A stretch of 64,000 bases of DNA from a virus, in IMG/VR virus record IMGVR_UViG_3300009068_000001, positions 1 to 64,000 of that record; one strand, written 5' to 3'. Position 1 is the stretch's first letter; each line of letters begins with the position of its first letter. The translations under genes were made by a program, and so were the position numbers. Shown here piece by piece: positions 35,081-45,596 of the stretch. The notes under the pieces are model-generated. The model was not told the origin of the DNA and did not search any database. It saw nothing but the letters and a program-made list of their open reading frames with translations.

Positions 35081-36637
35081 TTAGACCGAAACCGCTTCTA
35101 GGAAAGCCCTAAGTGTTCCCGCAGTTAAGGTTACACCACCCTCTGTATTGATACCTTCACCATCAATAATTGCGTTAGCTACAGCCATCTTCTGTACCAA
35201 CATAGAGTGCTGACGTTCTTCAATTGATCCGTCCATAATAAAGTCTTGTATTACTATTGAGGGCCATGTGCTGGATGCTCTTCTGATTCGTCCATTACGT
35301 TGAAGTGCGAGTCCTGCGTTCCACGGAAGATCATAGTTAATAAGAAGATTAGCTTGAGGTAGATCAACACCATAGCCCCCAGCGTCAGAGCTGACAAGGA
35401 TGCGAACTTCGGGACTCGTCTGGAACTTGACTTTTGATTCTTCTTTTTCTTTAGCATTCATTGCTCCTGTATACGGGGATGACTTATAGTTAAGCGCATC
35501 TCTAATTAAAGTAACCATGTGAACATAGCTTGTAAAGATAACTACTTTGTTTCTTTCATCTTGTTCTAGAAAGTTATCAACGTATTCTTTGAGTGCGGAT
35601 AGCTTTGGTGTCTGCTTTAGTTTATCAAGCTTGCCCGCCTCTTGCAACTGTCCTGCGTAGCCTGACGTAGCCGATGACACACGCACCAGTTCGTGGTGGT
35701 CACAGAGCATACGAAGCGCTGTCAACTTAGACATTACCTTGCCCTTGAGTGCGTCCATTACATCGTTGGAGTGCTCCCCAGCGTAGTGGCTGAACAGATC
35801 AAAGGATGAGCCAAAGGATTCCATAGCATCATCTAAGTCTTTTAATAGTTCTCTTGCAATCTCTTTATACAGTAGGGCACCGGCACGATCAAACTCTACC
35901 AAAATCGGCTCCGCAAAAATTGTATCGGGCAGGTAGGGTGCAACGTCTGCATCTGTCTGTCTCTTGCGTACTGTTGAGGTTGCGAGGGTTTTGCTGAGGG
36001 TAATTAAATTACGGTAACGTTCTACGCCACCAAAGCGGTTGCGTACAATAAAGGTTTGATCAAATAAATCAAAACGACCTAGGATCTTTGAGTCTACAAA
36101 CTGCATAATACTGTAGAGCTCTTCCGGTTTACCGTTTTCAATAGGTGTTCCGGTTAATGCAAATTTAATTGGGCTTGCTAATTTTTTGACGTGCTTAGAT
36201 CTTTTGGATCTGAAACTTTTAATGGCGGTTGCTTCGTCGCAGACAATGAATCCCGTAGGGAGTTGTCGTATATACTCCCAGTCGTTAACAGCTTGCTCGT
36301 AGTTAATAATGACGTAATCAACGAGTGTATGCCCCCAGTCGAATGCCTCTGCATATTGTTCTGCTCGTTGTTTCGGCGTGCCATCAATGACCAAAGGTGT
36401 TGAAGATCCATCAGTAAACTTCCTAATCTGTTCTGCCCATTGATACTTCAATGATGATAAGCAGATAACTATACCAGGTTCTGTAATCTTTCCTTCATCT
36501 CTTAATTCTTCAATAGCAGCAATAGTTAAAACTGTTTTACCCAGTCCAAGGTCATAGGCAACAAGCATCTTCTTGCGGTCTACCATGGCCTCTACAGCCT
36601 CTACCTGGTAAGGCAGAAGTGTTCCGGTAAAACTCAT
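35081..36637 (-). CDS. SNF2-family helicase
   Basis: LLPYQ, DLGLGKT, DEA, LTGTP.EN, YDLPWN, QRNGRIRR. Confidence 0.9.
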   Translation of the reverse strand: MSFTGTLLPYQVEAVEAMVDRKKMLVAYDLGLGKTVLTIAAIEELRDEGKITEPGIVICLSSLKYQWAEQIRKFTDGSSTPLVIDGTPKQRAEQYAEAFDWGHTLVDYVIINYEQAVNDWEYIRQLPTGFIVCDEATAIKSFRSKRSKHVKKLASPIKFALTGTPIENGKPEELYSIMQFVDSKILGRFDLFDQTFIVRNRFGGVERYRNLITLSKTLATSTVRKRQTDADVAPYLPDTIFAEPILVEFDRAGALLYKEIARELLKDLDDAMESFGSSFDLFSHYAGEHSNDVMDALKGKVMSKLTALRMLCDHHELVRVSSATSGYAGQLQEAGKLDKLKQTPKLSALKEYVDNFLEQDERNKVVIFTSYVHMVTLIRDALNYKSSPYTGAMNAKEKEESKVKFQTSPEVRILVSSDAGGYGVDLPQANLLINYDLPWNAGLALQRNGRIRRASSTWPSIVIQDFIMDGSIEERQHSMLVQKMAVANAIIDGEGINTEGGVTLTAGTLRAFLEAVSV

Positions 36638-37101
36638 GTAGATACCTCTTCAGTTAAAGTATTAGATAGTCTTTTTACAGAGTTGCAAACTTTACAGGTG
36701 ATAGAAATATCTTCGCCAGCATGGCGAGTACGTCGGCTACTTATGTGAGTTAAAGATTCAGCGCCAAATAAAGGGTGCCCATTTACACAGAATGTTGGGT
36801 CTAAGTTTAGTTTTCTTTTCTGAGTATTTTCTGCAATGGTTGCCTGTCTAAGGTGGTCAGGATTACAACAGTTCCTTACCATACAAAGATGGTCTACAAC
36901 TAGTCCGTCTACAATCTTTTCTTTTAATACGGACATAGTTAGGCGGTGTACTAAATAGAGCGTACCCTTAATATTAAATCGACCATATCCGTCATCAATT
37001 TTTCCAGTCCAAAGCCAACATGAATCAGTCTTATTGACTTTATCCCAAAAATGTTCTGGTAACTCTTCAATAGAGTTATAATCTAAAGATGGTTTAGCCA
37101 T
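36634..37101 (-). CDS. Free-standing HNH endonuclease (homing-type)
   Basis: CWLWTG...GYG...HR...DHLC....CCNPDHL...T..EN; C-terminal C..GH. Confidence 0.85.
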   Translation of the reverse strand: MAKPSLDYNSIEELPEHFWDKVNKTDSCWLWTGKIDDGYGRFNIKGTLYLVHRLTMSVLKEKIVDGLVVDHLCMVRNCCNPDHLRQATIAENTQKRKLNLDPTFCVNGHPLFGAESLTHISSRRTRHAGEDISITCKVCNSVKRLSNTLTEEVST

Positions 37102-38069
37102 TATATAAAAGCCCTTTCTCCAAAGACAGAATGCTTTGCACCCTCTATACCAAGTATAACCTGCTCTTCAGGCATGTCGCCAATATCTTTATACTCGCCC
37201 CCGTACTTAAAGAAGAAACACTCCAAGCCTTCTTTCTTAGTACGAGCAAGCATATCTCTAGAAGCTTTCTCTCCTGCTGGATCAATCATAGGATTATCAA
37301 ATGCAATGATTAGTTTATCTGCACGGCGCATGAGATCTACTTGATCCTGGCTAATAGAGGCACCAAAGGTTGAGACACCGCCTTGAATTCCCAATGATGA
37401 TAGTTTTACTACGTCTAGTGGAGACTCAACTATGATCATAGTGCCACTGCTCCACACATCAAGACCGAATAAAGTTTTAGACTTCTGTACTCCAGTTGGG
37501 CGGTTGCGGAAGTATCGGTTGACTTGCCCCTTCTCTTGCCAGCCCATAAGTTTATTGTTTTGTGGGTTACGGATAGGTGTGATCCAACCCTGTTGCTTAG
37601 TATCCCATTTGACTGTGTGCTTTGCACAAGCCTCTGCTGTCAAACTTCTTGCATCTAATGCCCACTGTGGTGGCACGTCAAATACCGCAAGCCTAGCCTC
37701 ACTCATCTCAATCAAAGGTTGTACTGGGATGTAAGTGTTCTTAGCTTCTTCTAACTGCTTTGCTATGAGTTCAAAGTTAACCTCAATGTTCTGACGCAAC
37801 CAATCTTTGGCTGCTTCAAAATCAATACGACCCCACTGAGTTTCAAACTCGTTAATCTCTGCAACAAGAGTGAGCAGAGTGCCCCGGTATCCACACGAAA
37901 AGCAGTGGTGGACACCGGTCTCTACATTCATTGACCATGAGGGACGAGAGTCTGGACGACCAGTACGTTCTAAGTGCATAGGACATAGACCAAGCAACTC
38001 ATCGTTGCGCTGGTCTACTTCAATGCCAAGTCTTAGTAGTACAGACTCTACGTCGCCCTCACGGTACAT
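37101..38069 (-). CDS. DNA primase (CHC2 Zn finger plus TOPRIM; start likely 38069)
   Basis: CPMH...CFSC; IVESPLD, FD, KDIGD. Confidence 0.85.
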   Translation of the reverse strand: MYREGDVESVLLRLGIEVDQRNDELLGLCPMHLERTGRPDSRPSWSMNVETGVHHCFSCGYRGTLLTLVAEINEFETQWGRIDFEAAKDWLRQNIEVNFELIAKQLEEAKNTYIPVQPLIEMSEARLAVFDVPPQWALDARSLTAEACAKHTVKWDTKQQGWITPIRNPQNNKLMGWQEKGQVNRYFRNRPTGVQKSKTLFGLDVWSSGTMIIVESPLDVVKLSSLGIQGGVSTFGASISQDQVDLMRRADKLIIAFDNPMIDPAGEKASRDMLARTKKEGLECFFFKYGGEYKDIGDMPEEQVILGIEGAKHSVFGERAFI

Positions 38070-38070
38070 G

Positions 38071-38289
38071 TTAGTCCTCTTCTTCGTACTCTGCTTTTGG
38101 TCGGTCATCCATCATTACGTAATCTTCCGGCATATCTGGCAAAGTTGGTGCGGTAGCTTTAGTACCACACTCTGCACACTCCATGTCTAAGAAGTACATT
38201 GAGATTTCATAGTCCTGGAACATAGCCTTAACGTCCCAAAGTGTTGACCCGCAAGGACAAACGTGAGTTGGTTCTCCACGTACATCCAT
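38071..38289 (-). CDS. Small Zn-ribbon protein
   Basis: CPCG...CAEC. Confidence 0.65.
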   Translation of the reverse strand: MDVRGEPTHVCPCGSTLWDVKAMFQDYEISMYFLDMECAECGTKATAPTLPDMPEDYVMMDDRPKAEYEEED

Positions 38290-38309
38290 TGCATTTGTGT
38301 AATCAGGTT

Positions 38310-38561
38310 TTAGATCGCTGATGTTTTTAATAGTCGTTTCCTTTCCTGCGGTGTTGTTCCTGCCCAGATGCCCTCTAGGTTTGGGATCTGTAGTGCGTAT
38401 TTAAAACAATCTTCTTTAATCCAACAGTCGTCACAAATCTTTTTTGCTCTTTGTACAGCCTTGTGATTTGTATACTTCTCCGGAAAAAAGATATCTGGGT
38501 TTGCTCCAGCGCATAGCTGAGTTCCGTTAAAAGGGTTTGATTGGAGTGCCAAAGGTTCCAT
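38310..38561 (-). CDS. whiB: Second WhiB family protein (start likely 38561)
   Basis: LC...PDIFFP...AKKICDDC..KEDC..YA...GIWAGTTPQER. Confidence 0.85.
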   Translation of the reverse strand: MEPLALQSNPFNGTQLCAGANPDIFFPEKYTNHKAVQRAKKICDDCWIKEDCFKYALQIPNLEGIWAGTTPQERKRLLKTSAI

Positions 38562-39771
38562 ACTCTTCAAACTTCCCTTCTTCCCAGTCCCATAGAAGAT
38601 CGCTTGTTGCTGGGCCAGAGTTACGGCTTGCAACAATACGAAGTTCACGAGATGAATCATCTTCTTCATCTTGACGTTGCAAACCAAGAATCACATCTGA
38701 GTCTTGGAAGAACGAGGATGAATACCCAATCGCATCTGCAGATACCTGGCGCTTCTTCATCTTCCAAAGAAGAACCTGAGTGGACACCACAATTGGAATG
38801 TTAGCTTTTTGTGCCAGACGTTTTAGGTTACGTGTAATGCTTGTCAAAGCTTGTGGAGTATTAGATTCACCGCTAGCTTCATCAACCATAAGATAGACAC
38901 CATCAACAAAAACAATGTCAGGCTTAATCTTTTCAATTTTTGCTGCCAATCCTGTAACTGTCATAGCAGAGGTACTATCGGTTAGATAGAACTTCTGCAT
39001 AGTCTCCATACGTTCTAGGGTTTCTTTGTAGCGACGCTCTTCATCTAGGTTTAGGTTTCCTCTAACCAGACGAGAGTGTGCAATCTTGGCACGCATTGCA
39101 TCGTGACGATGTTGCTGCTCAATGTTGCTCATCTCAAATGACTGGAACATAGGAACGTGACCATCTTCGTGCACGTTGACTGCAATCTGCATAGCAAGAA
39201 CAGACTTACCAGTCTTAGGTGGAGCAATGATTGTAATAAGCTGACCATTTTGCAAACCAGCAGTAGCCTCATCAATAGTTCTAAACCCTGTGCGGTAACC
39301 AAGTAGCGCACCGTCACGAGTCTTAATATCTAAGTACTCCTGGAAACGTTTGTCTGGATCCTTGGTAAGATCCACGTCGCTAGACTGTGCAGCACCTTCA
39401 TCATAGATAGTTGCAACTCCAGAGCTCATCTCTGCAATAGCGCCGTCGTGATTACCAGAAGCAATCATCTCAGCAGCGGTCTGAACTACCTCAATAGTTT
39501 TTTGACGTCTACGATACTCAACTAATTGATCTACAAGGTACTCTAAAGAATCATCTACAGCAAGTAAACGATAGGTGGGGAAGTTATCTTTAACAGTTAC
39601 TGCACTAGGGATCTCTTGGTAACGAGTCCAATGGGTGCGGATAAACTTCCAGACAGCACGGTTCTCATCTACAAAGAACCAACTATCTTCTACACCTTTT
39701 TCTAGGGCAGAGATAATTTCTCGAGTCCTTACGACCCGAGATATTAATCTCTCTTCATTATCTGCTGCCAC
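38527..39771 (-). CDS. dnaB: DnaB-like replicative helicase
   Basis: TGF..ID..T.G, APPKTGKS, SFEM, VFVDG, QDSD, RN. Confidence 0.9.
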   Translation of the reverse strand: MAADNEERLISRVVRTREIISALEKGVEDSWFFVDENRAVWKFIRTHWTRYQEIPSAVTVKDNFPTYRLLAVDDSLEYLVDQLVEYRRRQKTIEVVQTAAEMIASGNHDGAIAEMSSGVATIYDEGAAQSSDVDLTKDPDKRFQEYLDIKTRDGALLGYRTGFRTIDEATAGLQNGQLITIIAPPKTGKSVLAMQIAVNVHEDGHVPMFQSFEMSNIEQQHRHDAMRAKIAHSRLVRGNLNLDEERRYKETLERMETMQKFYLTDSTSAMTVTGLAAKIEKIKPDIVFVDGVYLMVDEASGESNTPQALTSITRNLKRLAQKANIPIVVSTQVLLWKMKKRQVSADAIGYSSSFFQDSDVILGLQRQDEEDDSSRELRIVASRNSGPATSDLLWDWEEGKFEEYGTFGTPIKPF

Positions 39772-40174
39772 CGGCTGCCCCCATATCTAAATACCAATGC
39801 CCATAACGTAGCCCACGTTCGGGTATATCAATCACATGCTTTAACTCTGGCCTGTATGGTAACTCTGCAACAAGATCTGCAGGAACCCTGTAAGCTTTTG
39901 AATAGTTAAAAGGATTAGTTCCAAGATTATCTAGATCTTCAAGAACCTCATCCATTTCTTTTTGAGAAAACCCGTACCCTACTAATTCTAACGTGTATGA
40001 ATATGTTTCTGCAAATCGCCAGAATAAAGAGAGCGACTGTCTATTGTACGTAGTTTCTTCACCACTGACCGCCACACCAAATACTTTCTTAAAGGTTGGT
40101 CTACGATCAAGGATACAATCCAAAGTAACCACAACCCGCATAGGAGTTTCATTTGATATATCGCCCCCGCGCAT
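39758..40174 (-). CDS. Hypothetical protein, possibly a degenerate HAD fold
   Basis: VVVTLDCIL...VID...RYG. Confidence 0.5.
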   Translation of the reverse strand: MRGGDISNETPMRVVVTLDCILDRRPTFKKVFGVAVSGEETTYNRQSLSLFWRFAETYSYTLELVGYGFSQKEMDEVLEDLDNLGTNPFNYSKAYRVPADLVAELPYRPELKHVIDIPERGLRYGHWYLDMGAAGGSR

Positions 40175-40176
40175 TG

Positions 40177-40476
40177 TTATAGTACTTCGATCTTGCCGTA
40201 CTTCAATAGAAAGTCCCTAAACATAATGGGATCTAAACTTGCAATTGCAGCATCCTGTTGCGGAGCTTTGCTAGATATTTCTACAGGATATACTCCAAAG
40301 TTGTTTTTCATTTTCTCTGAAACATATCTAGTATGCTTGCACATGCTTCGGGTGTTAAACCCTTCACAATTACAGCGCAACTTTTTGTTATCTATATTGA
40401 TCCAGACTTCATGAGGTCCAGAGTCAGACAAAAATAACTGCGTAACTTGCCATGTACTCATAGTAGTTTCCTTCAT
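40177..40476 (-). CDS. SWIM zinc-finger protein
   Basis: CNC-x8-CKH. Confidence 0.7.
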   Translation of the reverse strand: MKETTMSTWQVTQLFLSDSGPHEVWINIDNKKLRCNCEGFNTRSMCKHTRYVSEKMKNNFGVYPVEISSKAPQQDAAIASLDPIMFRDFLLKYGKIEVL

Positions 40477-41150
40477 GCTCGTCTGTCCCCCTGTTGCGCT
40501 TCTACTTCAATTGGTATGAACGCTTCCATAGCAAAGCTTCCCATAGGTGAACCATAAACACTTCCCCAATTCTCAAGAGGAACGTTTGTAGTTACAATCG
40601 TTGGAAGCCCTGCGTTAAATCTTGAACGTAATAATGCATCAAATGTATTCTCTGCCCAACCCGATGCCGTTCTATATTCCTTACCGATATCATCTAGAAC
40701 AAAAACTCTTACATTATTCATTCTATCCGAGTCCCCGTATATGCCGTCAAGTTGGATCTGAGTTGCCTCATCCTCATCAGAGAACTGAGACTTCTGAAGC
40801 CTCAAAAGCTTTGGATAATCCATGAACCCGCCTATGCGGTTTGGGTATCCTCCAGGTATACCTAAGACCTCTGCTGGAATACCCCTAATAAGGCTTTGCA
40901 GGGCCGTAGAAGCCATTGTAGTCTTTCCGTGACCTGGATTACCCACCAGCATGATTCCAAGCCCACAGGACGGAGATCCGGCCTTTTGAATGATCTCACC
41001 ATTGATAACTCTGGCTACCCATTTCTTGACTGATTCAAGAGCGGGTGTGGGATCTAAATCTGAAAACTCCTTGCCAATTGTTTTCATTGGAAGACCGGCG
41101 TGTACGATTTGTTTGCGGATACTTGGGGCTTCTTTAGACAAGTCGTACAT
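40473..41150 (-). CDS. DnaC/IstB-like AAA ATPase (helicase loader)
   Basis: GNPGHGKT, VLDDIGKE, R.....PTIVTTN. Confidence 0.85.
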   Translation of the reverse strand: MYDLSKEAPSIRKQIVHAGLPMKTIGKEFSDLDPTPALESVKKWVARVINGEIIQKAGSPSCGLGIMLVGNPGHGKTTMASTALQSLIRGIPAEVLGIPGGYPNRIGGFMDYPKLLRLQKSQFSDEDEATQIQLDGIYGDSDRMNNVRVFVLDDIGKEYRTASGWAENTFDALLRSRFNAGLPTIVTTNVPLENWGSVYGSPMGSFAMEAFIPIEVEAQQGDRRA

Positions 41151-42058
41151 TATTCCCCCTCTAGTAGTCGCATCATTTTTTCTTGGTGTGCTTTAAATTT
41201 ATCTGTTGAATATGTTGGTTGCTCTGGCTTCTTAACAATTCCCTGAATCGTTGGGTAGTATGAAAAGAATCTTTGCCATAGTGGCTTACCGATACCAAGA
41301 TCATTTAGGTTACGAGGATCTGCAAAGAACATCCGCATAGCCTTTAGAACTTCATATCGCTGTGTGCCTTCTCCAACCTGTTTATTAATCCAAGTGGCAA
41401 GATACTTGTTGTTAACTTGACTGGATGTATTTGGTGCAGCCTTCTCAACTAGGTCATAGAACTCTGCGATTAAGTCTGTGGTAGACCAAAGCTCCTCTGG
41501 AGTATTGATTCTATCTTTGCTGTCACGCTGAGCCTTTACAGGCTTCTTGTACTTAGCGTTTAGGCGGGCCTGGCGATCTTCAAGCTTACCGATAGTTCCG
41601 GTGGCAGGTTCTTCTTGGCCTCGCTTTGCCTTAGGAGTTTCTTCATCTCCATCAAGATTCCAAACCATCTCTTCTCCTTCTTGGGGCGCAGCCCCTATAG
41701 TTAAAGATACGTTAGTATCTTTAACTATATTAGTACTAGTAGTTATATCACTAGTAACTATATAGTTGTCTATGTATAGGTGCCCTGAAAAGCCGTTGTC
41801 GGTAGAAAACAGCTTTTTAGCCTCTTCTGTAAATTTCAGACGGGCAATCCACTGGCCGTTATTCTGTACCCGGACAGACTTAACGTACTTAAGGTCCTTC
41901 AATTCATTGATTGCAGACTGAAGCGCATCCCTACCCTCAGAGAAATCTTTGGTGCTTCGCAATTCGTCAGCAGAAATAACCCTACCCTTTTCAACAAAGT
42001 AATAGAAAAGTGATCTGGCTCGTAAAGATAATCTTGGGTTAACAATTGGTCGTAGCAT
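41150..42058 (-). CDS. Replication initiator-like protein (N-terminal winged HTH)
   Basis: LSLRARSL...EGRDALQSAINELKDLKYV; immediately upstream of the DnaC-like gene. Confidence 0.6.
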   Translation of the reverse strand: MLRPIVNPRLSLRARSLFYYFVEKGRVISADELRSTKDFSEGRDALQSAINELKDLKYVKSVRVQNNGQWIARLKFTEEAKKLFSTDNGFSGHLYIDNYIVTSDITTSTNIVKDTNVSLTIGAAPQEGEEMVWNLDGDEETPKAKRGQEEPATGTIGKLEDRQARLNAKYKKPVKAQRDSKDRINTPEELWSTTDLIAEFYDLVEKAAPNTSSQVNNKYLATWINKQVGEGTQRYEVLKAMRMFFADPRNLNDLGIGKPLWQRFFSYYPTIQGIVKKPEQPTYSTDKFKAHQEKMMRLLEGE

Positions 42059-42089
42059 ATTTACCCTTCCCTCTTTATCTATACTAGCG

Positions 42090-42359
42090 TTAATCCACCC
42101 TGTTTGGCAAACCGCGTCCTTGACGTGGGGAGATGCCTACTAGTATTTGCTCTGTGGCAAGAGATATGGTAAGGCTTACAAATGTAGCGGCTAAGGTATA
42201 GACAACTAGATATAGTGGTTTAGTATTTAAATTAAGGCATGCAAGTAAACTGACTATTAAAGCTAACAGTCCTCGCCATTTACCCAACTGTTTGATTAAG
42301 CTTTCTACAGCAGTCAATATACACGCTGTAGCTAATCCTGCAATAAGTACTATGCCCAT
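42090..42359 (-). CDS. Small multi-TM membrane protein
   Basis: Three hydrophobic segments. Confidence 0.6.
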   Translation of the reverse strand: MGIVLIAGLATACILTAVESLIKQLGKWRGLLALIVSLLACLNLNTKPLYLVVYTLAATFVSLTISLATEQILVGISPRQGRGLPNRVD

Positions 42360-42368
42360 AGATCTATT

Positions 42369-45300
42369 CTATTCTCTAAAGACAACTCTGTCAATGTCGA
42401 AGGCCTGGCCTGCAACATAAGTTGTGGGGCTAAAGGTAATGCTTACGATTGCGTAGGCCGCACCTGTAATAGAGCTGACTGGGAATGAGTTTCCAACGTA
42501 TGCCCAACGCTCTGTATGAGTTATGGTTGCAGTTTGAGTTCTAGCTGCTGTGGTTATAACAGCGTTGTTTGCACCAGTAGAATCTTTTGAGTTGGTTGTC
42601 TTATTATTAGTAAGGTTATCTTGATAGACAACAATTACGTTATCATTAAGGTCATAGTAATCAACCACCAATGAGTAACTACCAAGTGAGTCAGAGTTAA
42701 CTGGTCTTACTGCAATTGAAGAATAGTACCCAGCATCTGGATTAAGATAGATCTTTCCAGTTTTAAGACCAAAAGGTTTTGCAGAACTTGAACCGGCTGT
42801 TGTAACCCGGCAGTAACCTTGACCGTGAGTTACGTTATCTGCAAGCAAAGTACCAGCCGCAATCTTACGAGCCAAAGTTGAATTAACTGCAATCCAACCA
42901 TTTAAATTAGTTTCAAAAGAAGAAGCAGGTATTTTTGCCCCAGGAAGATCCTCATAAGTTGCAGAATCAAGGCCAGCATTAATACCCCAGTTTGCACCAA
43001 TAGGCATAAAGTTACCAAGAGTGTCATAAAGACGGCTAATTTTTGTATTGTAGTTTGAGAAGTAGCTACTCTTTCCTCCACCAACACTTTGCACTTTGCC
43101 TGCCCAAATAGTTTTACCTGAGGTTATTGGGTTAGATATAGCAAAGGTAGATCCTAAAGTAGTATCTAAGTATTGGTTTATTACTCTACCATATTCTGCA
43201 TGTACACCATCAATATGGAAGTATGTAGATGTTGATCCAACAGTATTTGCAATAGATACTGTAAATGGAACCGTAGTCTGTCCAGCAGTTAGTTGAACTA
43301 CTGTATGAATTCTTTTCCAGTCAGCAGATTCAGCAGTATTAATAGTAAAGGTATTAGTTCCTAAAGTATACGTAGCCGCTGCTTTACGTACATACATAGA
43401 TATAATAAAATCTTCTCCACCTATTGCTGCAAATCCTAGGTGCGCTATCCCGCTTAAAGATCCAGTAGAGCTATAGGTTAACTTTCCAAAGTAAGTTCCA
43501 TACTTTGGTCCCAAGCCTCCTGTATCTGAAGTAATACGGGTAAGTGTTCCACTACCCGCAGTCCAATCTGTAGTATTAAGTTCAAATCCAGAGTTACTGA
43601 CGTAGTTATATACTTCTTTTATTTCCCACTTACAGTCAGCAGGAGCATAGTACTTTTGAGTTACTGGATTAGTAATAGCTTCTCCCCCATCACCAGAGAA
43701 GAAAGTATCTACAACAGAAGATTTTTCAAGAATACCGCCATCTAACCAATAGTTATCTCCAGCAACGTTATCTGTAGAATAAAAACTTACTTTAACTAAC
43801 GGGTTTCCTGCGTCTTTAGAAAATGGTGGGGTAATACCAGCAACATATACTTGAGTTGGCACTGTAGTTGATAAAGTAAAAGGGTCGCTATCTACAAAAT
43901 AAGTGTCGGTACTATAGTATTGTCCGTCAACATCTGAAAGAACTGCTGATTGCAATTCTTTGGTAGATTGATTAGAAAATTCTAATCTTACTTTCATAGT
44001 TCTAGCAGCAGAACCTAAAATATAGGCGCTAGCTATGATCTCTTGACCAGGTTCTATAGCAACCCAATCAGAGATAAATCCAGCAGTACCTGTTGCGGTA
44101 GACGTTAATTTTCCTACCTTAGTTCCATGAACAAGAGCTGCTGTAGTAACGCTGTCTTGGCTTAAAGAGCCATTTAAAGCTGTCCAAGAACTTAACCCGT
44201 ATTCCATTTCTGGGTTAAAGAAATAGTTTTCTTTTTCTCCACCTACATTTACATAAATTTTACGGGCGTCTTCATACATAAAACTATGCTCTGGCTCAGC
44301 AAATTGAAACATATCAAAATAAACTATATTTGAGGTTGCAGCTGAAGGGGTTACAGTTAAAGTAATTTTAGCAAACTTAGCAGTTAAAGGAGAAAGTTTT
44401 CCATTTCTTCCTGAATCTGAAAGACTTACAAATTCTGCAAAAGAGGTAGTTGTTGTAAGTACTGTTCCAGCAGAAGTAGACCCAAGAGAAATACCAAATT
44501 GATCGTACCAAGTAATAACGGCAGAAACATTTGTTGCTACTGCAGTACGTCTAGCGTATCCCGAAAACACATAGCGTGTCCCCCCTGAAATAGGAATACC
44601 ATTAGTTTTAATATCCAGACCAGAAGCTGGCAAAGACATTGTTATTGCGGTTGTAGCCGCAGTTACTAACTTTCCTATTCCTTGAGATCTTACTGGGGAT
44701 GTTAAATCAGTAAAAGGAGTTGGAGCAGAAATGCCTGCCAAGCTATAAGTAGTAGAGGTTAAAGTACCACTAGAAACACCCCAACGTCCAATAGATTCTT
44801 CAAAAGAAGAATCATTATAATCTAACAACATGTTGTGACCAAGAGAATACTGAGCTTTCCAGTGAGTAAGCGCTGTTGTATAAATTGTTAAGCCCAAAGA
44901 AGTTCCTTTGTATGAGTTAACAATGTTGCCTGTAGCAGCAATAGAACGATTATAAACATCGCCCAAAGCAGCCTCATACTGAAGACCTAAACTTGTAGTC
45001 TTTGCATTTAAAAGAGAACTAGGGGTGTAAAATGGGTCTAAAGAGTTTGCTAAAATGCTTCCCTGTACTCTCATATAATCGTACATAAAAGAAAAAACAC
45101 CTAGAGTAGTTACTAAGCTATTAGTATCAGCGTTTGACAACCCTTCACCAACATTATCTACAGGGTTAAGCCAAGCTTTGGGTAACCAATTACTTATTTT
45201 AGCTAAAGAAGTTTTATTTCCAACTAATATGGCGTACGAAGTTCCGCAAAATTTCCATCCTGAACCATTAAATAACCAAATAGAGTAAGAAACTTCTAAG

Positions 45301-45593
45301 TCTTCTACATCAGTAATCGTGTCTGTAAAACTTGTTTTAATAGTTGAGTAGGTTCCACCATCAAGAATAATGCCGTTAGTGGGATCATCTAAACTTCCTG
45401 AATAACTTTTAACTAAGACCCAGTGTGTAGGGCCTGGATCATTAGGGTCTGGGACGATAGGGTCCCAGACAACTTTAATTTTTTGATAGTCGTTTGAAGA
45501 CGCAAAAATATTAGAGTTATAGTAAACACTTACTACAGAAGTTACGCCGTAACGTACTCCTGAACCGTATCGTCTAGTACCATACTTTGCCAT
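42369..45593 (-). CDS. Baseplate wedge/tail protein (gpI-like region) with several carbohydrate-binding-like beta-sandwich domains
   Basis: Follows baseplate J; YKGT..G motif; repeated N..FE....W domains. Confidence 0.7.
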   Translation of the reverse strand: MAKYGTRRYGSGVRYGVTSVVSVYYNSNIFASSNDYQKIKVVWDPIVPDPNDPGPTHWVLVKSYSGSLDDPTNGIILDGGTYSTIKTSFTDTITDVEDLEVSYSIWLFNGSGWKFCGTSYAILVGNKTSLAKISNWLPKAWLNPVDNVGEGLSNADTNSLVTTLGVFSFMYDYMRVQGSILANSLDPFYTPSSLLNAKTTSLGLQYEAALGDVYNRSIAATGNIVNSYKGTSLGLTIYTTALTHWKAQYSLGHNMLLDYNDSSFEESIGRWGVSSGTLTSTTYSLAGISAPTPFTDLTSPVRSQGIGKLVTAATTAITMSLPASGLDIKTNGIPISGGTRYVFSGYARRTAVATNVSAVITWYDQFGISLGSTSAGTVLTTTTSFAEFVSLSDSGRNGKLSPLTAKFAKITLTVTPSAATSNIVYFDMFQFAEPEHSFMYEDARKIYVNVGGEKENYFFNPEMEYGLSSWTALNGSLSQDSVTTAALVHGTKVGKLTSTATGTAGFISDWVAIEPGQEIIASAYILGSAARTMKVRLEFSNQSTKELQSAVLSDVDGQYYSTDTYFVDSDPFTLSTTVPTQVYVAGITPPFSKDAGNPLVKVSFYSTDNVAGDNYWLDGGILEKSSVVDTFFSGDGGEAITNPVTQKYYAPADCKWEIKEVYNYVSNSGFELNTTDWTAGSGTLTRITSDTGGLGPKYGTYFGKLTYSSTGSLSGIAHLGFAAIGGEDFIISMYVRKAAATYTLGTNTFTINTAESADWKRIHTVVQLTAGQTTVPFTVSIANTVGSTSTYFHIDGVHAEYGRVINQYLDTTLGSTFAISNPITSGKTIWAGKVQSVGGGKSSYFSNYNTKISRLYDTLGNFMPIGANWGINAGLDSATYEDLPGAKIPASSFETNLNGWIAVNSTLARKIAAGTLLADNVTHGQGYCRVTTAGSSSAKPFGLKTGKIYLNPDAGYYSSIAVRPVNSDSLGSYSLVVDYYDLNDNVIVVYQDNLTNNKTTNSKDSTGANNAVITTAARTQTATITHTERWAYVGNSFPVSSITGAAYAIVSITFSPTTYVAGQAFDIDRVVFRE

Positions 45594-45596
45594 TTA

